A DNA stretch of 63,665 nucleotides, filler included, from Nemertoderma westbladi (Eukaryota; Animalia; Xenacoelomorpha), in the NCBI GenBank assembly GCA_032718475.1. It is 4 parts of 4 records of this genome, joined end to end, with 100 filler letters (N's around TTAATTAATTAA, not from the genome) between each part and the next. Parts side by side here need not be neighbours in the genome. Positions count along the whole stretch, not along the records: positions 23,409 to 44,429 come from JAUCBJ010006504.1; positions 44,530 to 60,165 come from JAUCBJ010000949.1; 2 more parts are not named here. The stretch is one strand, 5' to 3'. A model generated the notes under the pieces. That model saw only the letters and a program-made list of their open reading frames with translations. It searched no databases and was not told the DNA's origin. Positions 39,211 to 52,735 of this stretch are shown one piece after another. The translations under genes and the position numbers were made by a program. Each line of letters starts with the position of its first letter. Within the stretch, counting starts at the first letter, position 1.

Positions 39211-41692
39211 AACCAATTTGGGATGGGAGGCACCCGAGAGCTATTTTATTCTGTCGGTTACCTGTTAGATGAGGGATGAGGACACACCAAGGACTAATGT
39301 TGCACAATAAAAAAACATAAAAAATAAAATCGTTAGCATATTAAACGATTGAAAATAATCTTATCAATTAACTGTTGGATTTATGGATTTCTCTATAAAC
39401 CCATTATTTTGTACATAGCGAATCTAATATGATACAACCCTCACTCAAGGTTATTGGATAATGACACTATCAATCTTATTTGAAATATATTACCAAATGG
39501 CTGTGACAACTGTTAGTAATTAGCTTACTGCCCATTTCGGAATTTGACACAAAACTTGGAAGCATGCCATTAGGTTGCCTGTCAAAAAATCCTGCAGATT
39601 TTGTTCCAATTTAAATGGCAAATTAAGGCGACGTGAAGGAACCGAAAGTTGTTCCTAATGACCCAGCAGTGTAGGAACTAACTGCCTTTATATTGGATTG
39701 AGCAGTGATCACTGATCATTTACGTGGTCGTTGTAAATTAATTTACTGATAACAACCTCAGGCTTATTCCTCTCTGCAGCTCATATGGTGTCAGTTGAAG
39801 TTGCTGATTGATTAGGGCGTGTCGATAGTTGGAGATACGTGAGTGTGGGGGAATGAGGTACTAGAGTTTACGGAATGTGAAATACGTCAGGGATAAAAAG
39901 TATTATCTACTAGCATTTCGTTTTTCCAAGTTCAAACACTTATGCAAATTGCCCGGGCCAGTAATTTACTCCTCGTCCCCAATGCCAATATTATATAGTC
40001 AGTCTTTATGGATGAGTGCTAAAAAAAATTTCAATCGTGCTAAGCACGTTTTTGCTTCGTGTTCAGTTAGTTACATAAAACATAAGTCATGTTTTGTCAC
40101 TATGATTATTTTTGGCATAGGGGCGCAAATTGACCGCAAGTTAAATAACTGATAACACTGAGCTTCTGTAACCTGCACCTTTCACTAAAAGCATAGTTGG
40201 TGTTTGTAATTTTGCTTCATAAACTCATTTTCGAAAATAAAAAATATTTTGAAAATTATCACGTATGGCAATTCCGGTAACCCATGTTTAACATCTGTAA
40301 CAATTAGTTGTCCAAAAGTATCTATTACCCTTTGTGGAAAAAAAAGTATTAGATTTATCATACTATACTAATAAATAATTTATTGGCATAATTTAATCGT
40401 TAATCATAAACTGACAAATTTATAATTGTATCGAAACGATAGATAATTGATTAGTCTTTCTTCGGGGAAGTGTATGCACGTTACTTTCCACACATTCCAC
40501 ATTCATATTATATTTATTGTACATAAATTAATATATTACAGTTAGTTACGGTATGTAAGAATGTGTTATATAATTAATAACGTCAAACTATTGCCAACTT
40601 TGGCTATTAACTGTGGCGGCGCAGGATAAACCACTGGCTCAGACACTGAACCCACTCCCTGATCTAATTATTGTGTAGTAATCATTACAACCATACATAC
40701 ATAACGTTACGCATTCCAAAAGATTTTAAGAACATGTTAAGCGACATTATATGGCCTACCCTACGGTTTACTAATACATATTATTTAATTTATTTGTTTA
40801 TTATGTTGACATATTTCAGCCGTACAATAAGGTTAAGGCGTATTATGTTTACTTATCTTCTTATCTTACTAGGTTGCATTTTTTTGGTGAATCATTAAAA
40901 TCTGGTAGGTGCTCTGTATTAAAATCGTAGAAATATTATCGAGTAAACATTAAATATTAGGATATAGAGTGGGATTCCATTTATGTTCTATTGTAATTTC
41001 GTTGAAACTGCAGTACAGAAATTGAATTTAAACGTTCTGTCCGTCATTTACAATGGCATGCATTAATTCGAACAACAAATAAAGAACCCTTTGCGCAATA
41101 CAATATTGTTTGGTTTCCACCGGAATTCTTTTTGTTTACGTTTATAGTTAGTTATATTCACTGACATCGTCACTGCGATTGGGTTAGTTTTAATACATAT
41201 TAATAATTGTGCTGTATTGCTGATATTATTGTTGCAATGGAAAGCGATATATGTCCAGACGGATAATTCAAACTATATTATATTGGGCTTAATAATAACT
41301 GATTAGTAGTTACATATCTTTAGACAGTTTAGTCTGCTCTGCTATTGATATCCAATATAATTTAATTTGTTTTCTGACTCATAATGATAGGAAAGTCTTT
41401 AAAAAATTGTTAGTTACCTTTTTATTTCAAATATTGCTTTAGTTTATAGTTTACGCATTATTAAACATGTGGGAATTGAAGAGAAAATTAGCCCGACTTT
41501 AGTAGAAATTACCTGCATTTTATGTTATATTTCATAGGTTTAACACTTATATAATGCTTATTGGGAATGGGAATTTAATTTGTTTTTTTTTATAGTTTTT
41601 ATTTATTTTGTAAATTAAACATTAATTTATTCTTTGTCTTGTGGCAATACAAAACATAATTTACACTGGTTTTGCTATGAATATAATATTAG

Positions 41693-42151
41693 CCAATCCG
41701 GAAGACCTGCCTGACTCACCCGGACCCCGTAAACAGTTCCAGATGTCTCGGCGAAGTAGCAGTCCGGCCCAAGCCTTGCGGTACATCGAAACCGAACTGC
41801 AGAAGAAAAAATACCGTTCGGCCGCGCAATTTGCAGATGCGCTGCCCGCGCCGGTGTTTAAATCGATCTGCAACGAAATGCCGATGAGGGAGATCTTCAA
41901 AGACCTCCCCGTGAGCGCCGTGTTCCTACATACTATGCTGACGCGGGCGCTCTATCTCGGGTGTAAGTCCTGCTTCCCCAGTGCGGAGTTGTGTAAACTC
42001 GCCGATCAATTGGTTCTGTTTCTCTCGTTGGAGGAGGACAATTCCTTCCCTGCGCTTGTCGACGACGATCATCTGAAAGCCTGTGGAAATCTAATGGGCT
42101 TGTTGATTCGTTGTGAGGACAGTGTAGGGAAACATCTAGCGGAACAGTTAG
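41693..42151 (+). CDS. Exon of an unidentified, probably helical protein
   Basis: ATATTAG acceptor and G|GTAAGG donor. GC-rich open frame NPEDLPDSPG...KHLAEQL. Translation may start at the ATG in MSRRSSSP. Confidence 0.7.
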
Positions 42152-44429
42152 GTAAGGTAATAATATCGGGAAACATCTAGTGGAACAGTTAGGTAAGGTA
42201 ATAATGTCGGGAAACATCTAGCGGAACAGTTAGGTAAGGTAATAATGTCGGGAAACATCTAGCGGAACAGTTAGGTAAGGTAATAATGTCGTGAAACATC
42301 TAGCGGAACAGTTAGGTAAGGTAATAATGTCGGGAAACATCTAGCGGAACAGTTAGGTAAGGTAATAATGTCGGGAAACATCTAGCGGAACAGTTAGGTA
42401 AGGTAATAATGTCGGGAAACATCTAGCGGAACAGTTAGGTAAGGTAATAATGTCGGGAAACATCTAGCGGAACAGTTAGGTAAGGTAATAATGTCGGGAA
42501 ACATCTAGCGGAACAGTTAGGTAAGGTAATAATGTCGGGAAACATCTAGCGGAACAGTTAGGTAAGGTAATAATAATGTCGTGAAACATCTAGCGGAACA
42601 GTTAGGTAAGGTAATAATATCGGGAAACATCTAGCGGAACAGTTAGGTAAGGTAATAATGTCGGGAAACATCTAGCGGAACAGTTAGGTAAGGTAATAAT
42701 AATGTCGTGAAACATCTAGCGGAACAGTTAGGTAAGGTAATAATATCGGGAAACATCTAGCGGAACAGTTAGGTAAGGTAATAATGTCGTGAAACATCTA
42801 GCGGAACAGTTAGGTAAGGTAATAATGTCGGGAAACATCTAGCGGAACAGTTAGGTAAGGTAATAATGTCGTGAAACATCTAGCGGAACAGTTAGGTAAG
42901 GTAATAATATCGGGAAACATCTAGCGGAACAGTTAGGTAAGGTAATAATGTCGGGAAACATCTAGCGGAACAGTTAGGTAAGGTAATAATGTCGTGAAAC
43001 ATCTAGCGGAACAGTTAGGTAAGGTAATAATAATGTCGTGAAACATCTAGCGGAACAGTTAGGTAAGGTAATAATATCGGGAAACATCTAGCGGAACAGT
43101 TAGGTAAGGTAATAATGTCGTGAAACATCTAGCGGAACAGTTAGGTAAGGTAATAATGTCGGGAAACATCTAGCGGAACAGTTAGGTAAGGTAATAATGT
43201 CGTGAAACATCTAGCGGAACAGTTAGGTAAGGTAATAATATCGGGAATCATCTAGCGGAACAGTTAGGTAAGGTAATAATGTCGGGAAACATCTAGCGGA
43301 ACAGTTAGGTAAGGTAATAATGTCGTGAAACATCTAGCGGAACAGTTAGGTAAGGTAATAATGTCGGGAAACATCTAGCGGAACAGTTAGGTAAGGTAAT
43401 AATGTCGGGAAACATCTAGCGGAACAGTTAGGTAAGGTAATAATGTCGTGAAACATCTAGCGGAACAGTTAGGTAAGGTAATAATGTCGTGAAACATCTA
43501 GCGGAACAGTTAGGTAAGGTAATAATGTCGGGAAACATCTAGCGGAACAGTTAGGTAAGATAATTTTGTTTGGAGACATCTAGCGGAAACAGTTTGGATA
43601 ATATTGTCGGGAGACATCTAGCGGAATAGTTTAGTTAGATAATAATGTCAGGATATATGTAGCGGCACAGTTAGGTAAGATAAGATCGTTAGGTAAGACA
43701 TTATTTGTAGGGAGACATCTAGCGGATGGTTTAGGTAAGATACTAATGTCGAGAAACATCTTGCGGAATAGTTTAGTTAGATAATAAATAATGTCGGGAG
43801 ACATCTAGCGGAACAGTTAGGTGAGGAAATAAATACTGCCTGGAGACATCTAGCGAAATAGTTTAGTTAGATAATAATGTCGGGAGACATCTAGCGGAAC
43901 AGTTAGGTAAGGTAATAAATACTGCCTGGAGACATCTAGTTGACGGGATAGGTTAGATAGTAATGTCGGGAGACATCTAGCGGAACAGTTAGGTAAGGTA
44001 ATAAATACTGCCTGGAGACATCTAGTGGACGGGATAGGTTAGATAGTAATGTCGGGAGACATCTAGCGGAACAGTTAGGTAAGGTAATAAATACTGCCTG
44101 GAGACATCTAGTGGACGGGATAGGTTAGATAGTAATGTCGGGAGACATCTAGCGGAACAGTTAGGTAAGGTAATAAATACTGCCTGGAGACATCTAGTGG
44201 ACGGGATAGGTTAGATAGTAATGTCGGGAGACATCTAGTGGAACAGTTAGGTAAGGTAATAAATACTGCCTGGAGACATCTAGCGGAACAGTTAGGTAAG
44301 GTAATAAATACTGCCTGGAGACATCTAGTGGACGGGATAGGTTAGATAGTAATGTCGGGAGACATCTAGTGGAACAGTTAGGTAAGGTAATAAATACTGC
44401 CTGGAGACATCTAGTGGACTACTAGGATC
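42127..44429 (+). repeat. 41-bp satellite (last 25 nt of exon + donor), changing distally to an 86-bp dimer
   Basis: Unit GGGAAACATCTAGCGGAACAGTTAG|GTAAGGTAATAATGTC; period 41 (42127 to 42168). Period 86 at 43961, 44047 and 44133. Confidence 0.96.
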
Positions 44430-44529
44430 NNNNNNNNNNNNNNNNNNNNNNNNNNNNNNNNNNNNNNNNNNNNTTAATTAATTAANNNNNNNNNNNNNNN
44501 NNNNNNNNNNNNNNNNNNNNNNNNNNNNN
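44430..44529. other. Artificial contig linker
   Basis: N-run with TTAATTAATTAA. Confidence 0.97.
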
Positions 44530-45509
44530 TGTATTTATATAGTGGTTCAACTGGTTATAAATTATAGGTAACTTAATATTGTATTCTTATATTAATTTGT
44601 ATATAAGATGATGTTTTCATTTGGTATTATAAATGTCCTAAGATACTCAATTATAAGTGTGTTTGCACAATCATTTCATTATTTATTAGACCTTTCATAA
44701 ATAATATATAAACGAAACCTAAGATACGAGATTCGAACCGGATGTCTCGCGGGCACTAATGAATGTCCCAAGACCTTTCCTCATAATTAGGGACGCTTTC
44801 TAGAAGTGATAGCAAGAATTATGTTATTTTAACAGCAATTAAAGCAATACACGTTGTACCTGGGAGGGAACCTAGTTAGAACATCGTGTCTGGTCTTGTT
44901 TATCTTGAACTGTCTCCTAGCCTCGGATATTTAATCATAATTCAAGCAATTTAATTTAAATGTCCTCCTTTAATCCTCTTTGAAGATGCTCGGGGCTCTT
45001 TTAGAAATTATAATTAAATCATTTAAATGGTCAGCACAGCATCGTTAGGCAATAGTTGAGAATAGTTGAGATTAATAACCCATTATGGAAAGCGTGGTCG
45101 TAAATATTTTATGGCGATTAAGGGAAATCGGACAACCCTGCAGTTTGTCTACGGTATGTAATACTGATACTCACCGTCTCAGCTCAACCACTTCAACGAT
45201 TTTATGTTATCAGTTGAAAGTTTGCCGCCGGTGCGCTGCTGTTCCTACTACTGAGTGTCTGCCATCGCAGTTTATTGTGTCGAAAGTCGGAAAGTGGCGA
45301 TTTTTCTCGAACCTCGAACCTTGTCAATCCTACTTTATGCATACTAATTATGATACGTATTCCTTTGCATGATATATTAAATGTTCGATCTATATTTTTG
45401 AGTTACATCCATCGGTTTTTTGTGGCTTGATTACTTATAAAATGTGCTAGAAATTTTAATCATGTATTTTTCCGCGGATGTCAAAAGTGGTGCTATTACC
45501 AAATTTTGA

Positions 45510-48500
45510 AAATCCGTCTGTTTTGTAGTGGTGTGGGTCCTGGTGTTTAGCCAGTGAAAATCCGTCAGTTTTGTAGTGGCGAGGGTCCTGGTGTTTATTT
45601 AGCCAGTGAAAATCCGCCAGTTTAGTAGTGGTGAGGGTCCTGGTGTTTAGCCAGTGAAAATCGGCCAGTTTTGTAGTGGTGAGTATCCTGGTGTTTATTT
45701 AGCCAGTGAAAATCCGTCAGTTTTGTAGTGGTGAGGGTCATGGTGTTTATTTAGCCAGGGGAAATCCGTCAGTTTTGTAGTGGTGAGGGTCCTGGTGTTT
45801 ATTTAGCCAGTGAAAATCCGTCAGTTTTGTAGTGGTGAGGGTCCTGGTGTTCATCCAGTGAAAATCCGTCAGTTTTGTAGTGGTGAGGGTCCTGGTGTTT
45901 AATTAGCCAGTGAAAATCCGTCAGTTTTGTAGTGGTGAGGGTCCTGGTGTTTAGCCAGTGAAAATTGGCCAGTTTTGTAGTGGTGAGTATCCTGGTGTTT
46001 ATTTAGCCAGTGAAAATCCGTCAGTTTTGTAGTGGTGAAGGTCCTGGTGTTTATTTAGCCAGTGAATATCCGCCAGTTTTGTCGTGGTGAGGGTCCTGGT
46101 GTTTATTTAGCCAGTGAATATCCGCCAGTTTTGTCGTGGTGAGGGTCCTGGTGTTTATTTAGACAGTGAAAATCCGTCAGTTTTGTAGTGGTGAGGGTCG
46201 TGGTGTTTAGCCAGTGAAAATCCGTCAGTTTTGTAGTGGTGAGGGTCCTGGTGTTTATTTAGCCAGTGAAAATCCGTCAGTTTTGTAGTAGTGAGGGTCC
46301 TGGTGTTTAGCAAGTGAAAATCCGTCAGTTTTGTAGTGGTGAGGGTCCTGATGTTTATTTAGCCGGTGAAAATTCGTCAGTTTTGTAATGGTGAGGGTCC
46401 TGGTGTTTAGCCAGTGAAAATCCGTCAGTTTTGTAGTGGTGAGGGTCCTGGTGTTTATTTAGCCAGTGAAAATCCGCCAGTTTAGTAGTGGTGAGGGTCC
46501 TGGTGTTTAGCCAGTGAAAATCGGCCAGTTTTGTAGTGGTGAGTATCCTGGTGTTTATTTAGCCAGTGAAAATCCGTCAGTTTTGTAGTGGTTAGGGTCC
46601 TGGTGTTTATTTAGCCAGTGAAAATCCGTCAGTTTTGTAGTGGTGAGGGTCCTGGTGTTTAGCCAGTGAAAATCCGTCAGTTTTGTAGTGGTGAGGGTCC
46701 TGGTGTTTAATTAGCCAGTGAAAATCCGTCAGTTTTGTAGTGGTGAGGGTCCTGGTGTTTAGCCAGTGAAAATTGGCCAGTTTTGTAGTGGTGAGTATCC
46801 TGGTGTTTATTTAGCCAGTGAAAATCCGTCAGTTTTGTAGTGGTGAGGGTCCTGGTGTTTATTTAGCCAGTGAATATCCGCCAGTTTTGTCGTGGTGAGG
46901 GTCCTGGTGTTTATTTAGACAGTGAAAATCCGTCAGTTTTGTAGTGGTGAGGGTCGTGGTGTTTAGCCAGTGAAAATCCGTCAGTTTTGTAGTGGTGAGG
47001 GTCCTGGTGTTTATTTAGCCAGTGAAAATCCGTCAGTTTTGTAGTAGTGAGGGTCCTGGTGTTTAGCAAGTGAAAATCCGTCAGTTTTGTAGTGGTGAGG
47101 GTCCTGATGTTTATTTAGCCGGTGAAAATTCGTCAGTTTTGAAATGGTGAGGGTCCTGGTGTTTAGCCAGTGAAAATCCGTCAGTTTTGTAGTGGTGAGG
47201 GTCCTGGTGTTTATTTAGCCAGTGAAAATCCGCCAGTTTTGTAGTAATGAGGGTCCTGGTGTTTATTTAGCCAGTGAAAATCCGCCAGTTTTGTAGTGGT
47301 GAGGGTCCTGGTGTTTATTTAGCCAGTGAAAATCCGCCAGTTTTGTAGTGGTGAGGGTCCTGGTGTTTAGCCAGTGAAAATTTCGTCAGTTTTGTAGTGG
47401 TGAGGGTCCTGGTGTTTAGTCAGTGAAAATCCGTCAGTTTTGTAGTGGTGAGGGTCCTGGTGTTTAGCCAGTGAAAATCCGTTAGTTTTGAAGTAGTGAG
47501 AGTCCTGGTGTTTAGCCAGTGAAAATCCGTTAGTTTTGAAGTAGTGAGAGTCCTGGTGTTTAGCCAGTGAAAATACGTCAGTTTTGTAGTAGTAATGGTC
47601 ATGGTGTTTATTTAGCCAGTGAAAATCCGCCAGTTTTGTTGTTGTGGTGAGGGTCCTGGTGTTTAGCCAGTGAAAATCCGTTAGTTTTTAGCAATGAGGA
47701 TCCTGGAATTTAGCCATTGAAAATCCGTCAGTTTTGTAGTAGTGATGGTCCTGGTGTTTATTTAGCCAGTGAAAATCCATCAGTTTTGTTGTAGTGGTGA
47801 GGGTCCTGGTGTTTAGCCAGTGAAAATCCGCCGGTTTTGTTGTAGTGGTGAGGGTACTGGTGTTTATTTAGCCGGTGAAAATCCGTCAGTTTTGTAGTGG
47901 TGAGGGTCCTGGTGTTTAGCCAGTTAAAATCCGTCAGTTTTGTAGTGGTGAGGGTCCTGGTGTTTATTTAGCCGGTGAAAATCCGTCAGTTTTGTAGTGG
48001 TGAGGATCCTGGTGTTTAGCCAGTTAAAATCCGTCAGTTTTGTAGTGGTGAGGATCCTGGTGTTTATTTAGCCAGTGAAAATCCGTCAGTTTTGTAGTGG
48101 TGAGGGTCCTGGTGTTTAGCCAGTGAAAATCCGTTAGATTTGTAGTGGTGAGGGTCCTGGTGTTTATTTAGCCAGTGAAAATCCGTCAATTTAGTAGTGG
48201 TGAGGGTCCTGGTGTTTAATTAGCCAGTGAAAATCCGCCAGTTTTGTAGTGGTGAGGGTCCTGGTGTTTATTTAGCCAGTGAAAATCCGCCAGTTTTGTA
48301 GTGGTGAGGGTCCTGGTGTTTATTTAGCCAGTGAAAATCCGTCAGTTTAGTAGTGGTGAGGGTCCTGGTGTTTATTTAGCCAGTGAAAATCCGTCAGTTT
48401 TGTAGTGGTGAGGGTCCTGGTGTTTAGCCAGTGAAAATCCGTCAGTTTTGTAGTGGTGAGGGTCCTGGTGTTTATTTAGCCAGTGAAAATCCGCCAGTTT

Positions 48501-49048
48501 TGTAGTGGTGAGGGTCCTGGTGTTTATTTAGCCAGTGAAAATCCGTCAGTTTTGTAGTGGTGAGGGTCCTGGTGTTTAGCCAGTGAAAATCCGTCAGTTT
48601 TGTAGTGGTGAGGGTCCTGGTGTTTATTTAGCCAGTGAAAATCCGCCAGTTTTGTAGTGGTGAGGGTCATGGTGTTTATTTAGCCAGTGAAAATCCGCCA
48701 GTTTTGTAGTGGTGAGGGTCCTGGTGTTTATTTATCCAGTGGAAATCCGCCAGTTTTGTAGTGGTGAGGGTCCTGGTGTTTATTTAGCCAGTGAAAATCC
48801 GCCAGTTTTGTAGTGGTGAGGATCCTGGTGTTTATTTAGCCAGTGAAAATCCGCCAGTTTTGTAGTGGTGAGGGTCCTGGTGTTTATTTAGCCAGTGAAA
48901 ATCCGCCAGTTTTGTAGTGGTGAGGGTCCTGGTGTTTATTTAGCCAGTGAAAATCCGCCAGTTTTGTAGTGGTGAGGGTCCTGGTGTTTATTTAGCCAGT
49001 GAAAATCCGCCAGTTTTGTAGTGGTGAGGGTCCTGGTGTTTTGCCAGG
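45510..49048. repeat. 48/52-bp satellite, ~70 copies
   Basis: Unit GCCAGTGAAAATCCGTCAGTTTTGTAGTGGTGAGGGTCCTGGTGTTTA, with or without TTTA. Confidence 0.96.
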
Positions 49049-49878
49049 GAAGTTTAGTGATTTGCCTTAGATTCACCAGTGGTACTGAGGGTGTAGGTAG
49101 GTTAGCGCTGCTACAGGGGTGAAGTTTTACACTTTGATATGCGATGGTGCCTGGGTGTGGCACTGCTTTTAGGTTGCAGCTGGGGTGCATATATGTTGGG
49201 GGTGATTACGATAAGACAGGCTTATAAGCAACTATATTTCAAATAATCAAAAATATAATCAGACATCAGATTATACGAAACAACTGAGTATGCTAAAATA
49301 TATTTTCAATACGAGTCATTTTAATTGGTGTTTATATGCAGTGTAGTAGTTCCAATTTGGTAATCGTTCGTTTCAATTAATTCCTCGAGCTTCTTAAATA
49401 TCTAATCCCACAGACAAATACTTTTGTCCAGTTACAAATGTAAGTACCAAGTAACAAAACTTCAGTTTGATTAATAGCCTGTAAGATGTATCACCCGTGT
49501 TTCCATAGTAACACTTCACAAGTGTCTCTTATATTGTTGATTGTTCTGTTTGTAATTGATTACTTATAAATTAATAAAAACGGGAAATATAACAGGAAAT
49601 ATAAAAGGTCTATCCTATCAGTGTTCAATTTGTTAAGTTTCCATGGAAACTAATGCGGTCCTTCGAAAAACTTTTATGTAATTTCCAATTAATTGCAAAA
49701 AATATGTCAAAGTTTATATAAAATACATTAAAATAAATTTTGATGTTATCATGTATTAAATAAAGCTATGCTACTACGTCATAATATAATGGAAATTTAT
49801 AAGTCAACAAAGTATTTAATCTACTTTAATTTACGCGTAATAATCTCTAAATATTTATTTAATTATTTTCTTTCTTAG

Positions 49879-50059
49879 ATTTGGGTGGAGAGCCAATACA
49901 ACTCCTCCGGTTATTATACCATATATGGGGATGATTCCCTACACCAAGATGAATTCCAAGCCAGATTGTCTGTAGGAGGAGGTGATATGGATACCATGTT
50001 TTCTAGAACGGGATGTTTGGGGTTCATAAGGAGAACTGATATGACCCAATCTGATGGAG
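49879..50059 (+). CDS. DIP2: Disco-interacting protein 2 homolog, exon
   Basis: TCTTAG acceptor. Encodes IWVESQYNSSGYYTIYGDDSL...FSRTGCLGFIRRTDMTQSDG, ending at a G|GTGGGT donor. Confidence 0.9.
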
Positions 50060-52735
50060 GTGGGTGTGTTTGGTTTGACAAGCAGTACTAATATGACCCA
50101 ATCTGGTGGAGGGGGTGTGTTTGGTTTGACAAGCAGTACTGATATGACCCAATCTGGTGGAGGTGGGTGTGTTTGGTTTGACAAGCAGTACTGATATGAC
50201 CCAATCTGGTGGAGGTGGGTGTGTTTGGTTTCACAAGCAGTGCTGATATGACCCAATCTGGTGGAGGTGGGTGTGTTTGGTTTGACAAGCAGTACTGTTA
50301 TTACCCAATCTGATAGAGGTGGGTGTGTTTGGTTTGACAAGCAGTACTGATATGACCCAATCTGGTGGAGGTGGGTGTGTTTGGTTTGACAAGCAGTACT
50401 GATGTGACCCAATCTGATGGAGGTGGGTGTGTTTGGTTTGACGAGCAGTACTGATGTGACCCAATCTGATGGAAGTGGGTGTGTTTGGTTTGACAAGCAG
50501 TACTGATATGACCCAATCTGGTGGAGGTGGGTGTGTTTGGTTTGACAAGCAGTACTGTTATTACCCAATCTGATAGAGGTGGGTGTGTTTGGTTTCACAA
50601 GCAGTACTGATATGACCCAATCTGGTGGAGGTGGGTGTGTTTGGTTTGGCAAGCAGTACTGATATGACCCAATCTGATAGAGGTGGGTGTGTTTGGTTTG
50701 ACGAGCAGTACTGATGTGACCCAATCTGATGGAAGTGGGTGTGTTTGGTTTGACGAGCAGTACTGATATGACCCAATCTGATAGAGGTGCGTGTGTTTGG
50801 TTTGACAAGCAGTACTGTTATTACCCAATCTGATAGAGGTGGGTGTGTTTGGTTTGGCAAGCAGTACTGATATGACCCAATCTGATAGAGGTGCGTGTGT
50901 TTGGTTTGACGAGCAGTACTGATTGACCCAATCTGGTGGATGTGCGTGTGTTTGGTTTGACAAGCAGTACTGTTATTACCCAATCTGATAGAGGTGTGTG
51001 TATTTGGTTTGACAAGCAGTACTGATATGACCCAATCTGATGGAGGTGGGTGTGTTTGGTTTGACAAGCAGTACTGATATGACCCAATCTGGTGGATGTG
51101 CGTGTGTTTGGTTTGACAAGCAGTACTGTTATTACCCAATCTGATAGAGGTGGGTGTGTTTGGTTTGGCAAGCAGTACTGATATGACCCAATCTGGTGGA
51201 GGTGGGTGTGTTTGGGTTAGAGGTGCGTGTGTTTGGTTTGACAAGCAGTACTGTTATTACCCAATCTGATAGAGGTGTGTGTATTTGGTTTGACAAGCAG
51301 TACTGATATGACCCAATCTGATGGAGGTGGGTGTGTTTGGTTTGACAAGCAGTACTGATATGACCCAATCTGGTGGATGTGCGTGTGTTTGGTTTGACAA
51401 GCAGTACTGTTATTACCCAATCTGATAGAGGTGGGTGTGTTTGGTTTGGCAAGCAGTACTGATATGACCCAATCTGGTGGAGGTGGGTGTGTTTGGGTTA
51501 GAGGTGCGTGTGTTTGGTTTGACAAGCAGTACTGATATGACCCAATCTGGTGGAGGTGGGTGTGTTTGGTTTGACAAGTAGTACTGATATGACCCAATCT
51601 GGTGTAGGTGCGTGTGGTTTGTTTGACAAGCAGTACTGATATGACCCAATCTGATAGAGGTGCGTGTGGTTTGTCTGACAAGCAGTACTGATATGACCCA
51701 ATCTGATAGAGGTGGGTGTGTTTGGTTTGACAAGCAGTACTGTTATTACCCAATCTGGTGTAGGTGCGTGTGTTTGGTTTGACAAGCAATACTGTTATTA
51801 CCCAATCTGATAGAGGTGGGTATGTCTGGTTTGACAAGCAGTACTGACTGATATTACCCAATCTGGTGTAGGTGCGTGTGGTTTGTTTGACAAGCAGTAC
51901 TGCTATGACCCAATCTGATAGAGGTGCGTGAGTTTGGTTTAGAGGTGCGTGTGTTTGGTTTGACAAGCAGTACTGATATGACCCAATCTGGTGGAGGTGG
52001 GTGTGTTTGGTTTGACAAGTAGTACTGATATGACCCAATCTGGTGTAGGTGCGTGTGGTTTGTTTGACAAGCAGTACTGATATGACCCAATCTGATAGAG
52101 GTGGGTGTGTTTGGTTTGACAAGCAGTACTGTTATTACCCAATCTGGTGTAGGTGCGTGTGGTTTGTTTGACAAGCAGTACTGATATGACCCAAACTGAT
52201 AGAGGTGCGTGTGTTTGGTTTAGAGGTGCGTGTATTTGGTTTGACGGCAGTACTGATATGACCCAATCTGATGGAGGTGGGTATGTCTGGTTTGACAAGC
52301 AGTACTGACTGATATTACCCAATCTGGTGTAGGTGCGTGTGGTTTGTTTGACAAGCAGTACTGATATGACCCAATCTGATAGAGGTGCGTGTGTTTGGTT
52401 TAGAGGTGCGTGTGTTTGGTTTGACAAGCAGTACTGATATGACCCAATCTGGTGGAGGTGGGTGTGTTTGGTTTGACAAGTAGTACTGATATGACCCAAT
52501 CTGGTGTAGGTGCGTGTGTTTGGTTGACAAGCAGTACTGATGTGACCCAATTTGATGGAGGTGGGTGTGTTTGGTTTGACAAGCAGTACTGATATGACCC
52601 AATCTGGTGTAGGTGCGTGTGTTTGGTTTGACAAGTAGTACTGATATGACCCAATCTGGTGTAGGTGCGTGTGTTTGGTTGACAAGCAGTACTGATGTGA
52701 CCCAATTTGATGGAGGTGGGTGTGTTTGGTTGAAA
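50035..52735 (+). repeat. 52-bp satellite (last 25 nt of the DIP2 exon + donor), ~50 copies
   Basis: Unit ACTGATATGACCCAATCTGATGGAG|GTGGGTGTGTTTGGTTTGACAAGCAGT; period 52 (50035 to 50087). Confidence 0.96.

Noticed and set aside
45550-45650. Repeat translation PGVYLASENP resembling DIP2 PGVRIIIANP
   Set aside because: The intervening residues do not match, in-frame stops flank it, and there are no usable splice sites; likely coincidence.
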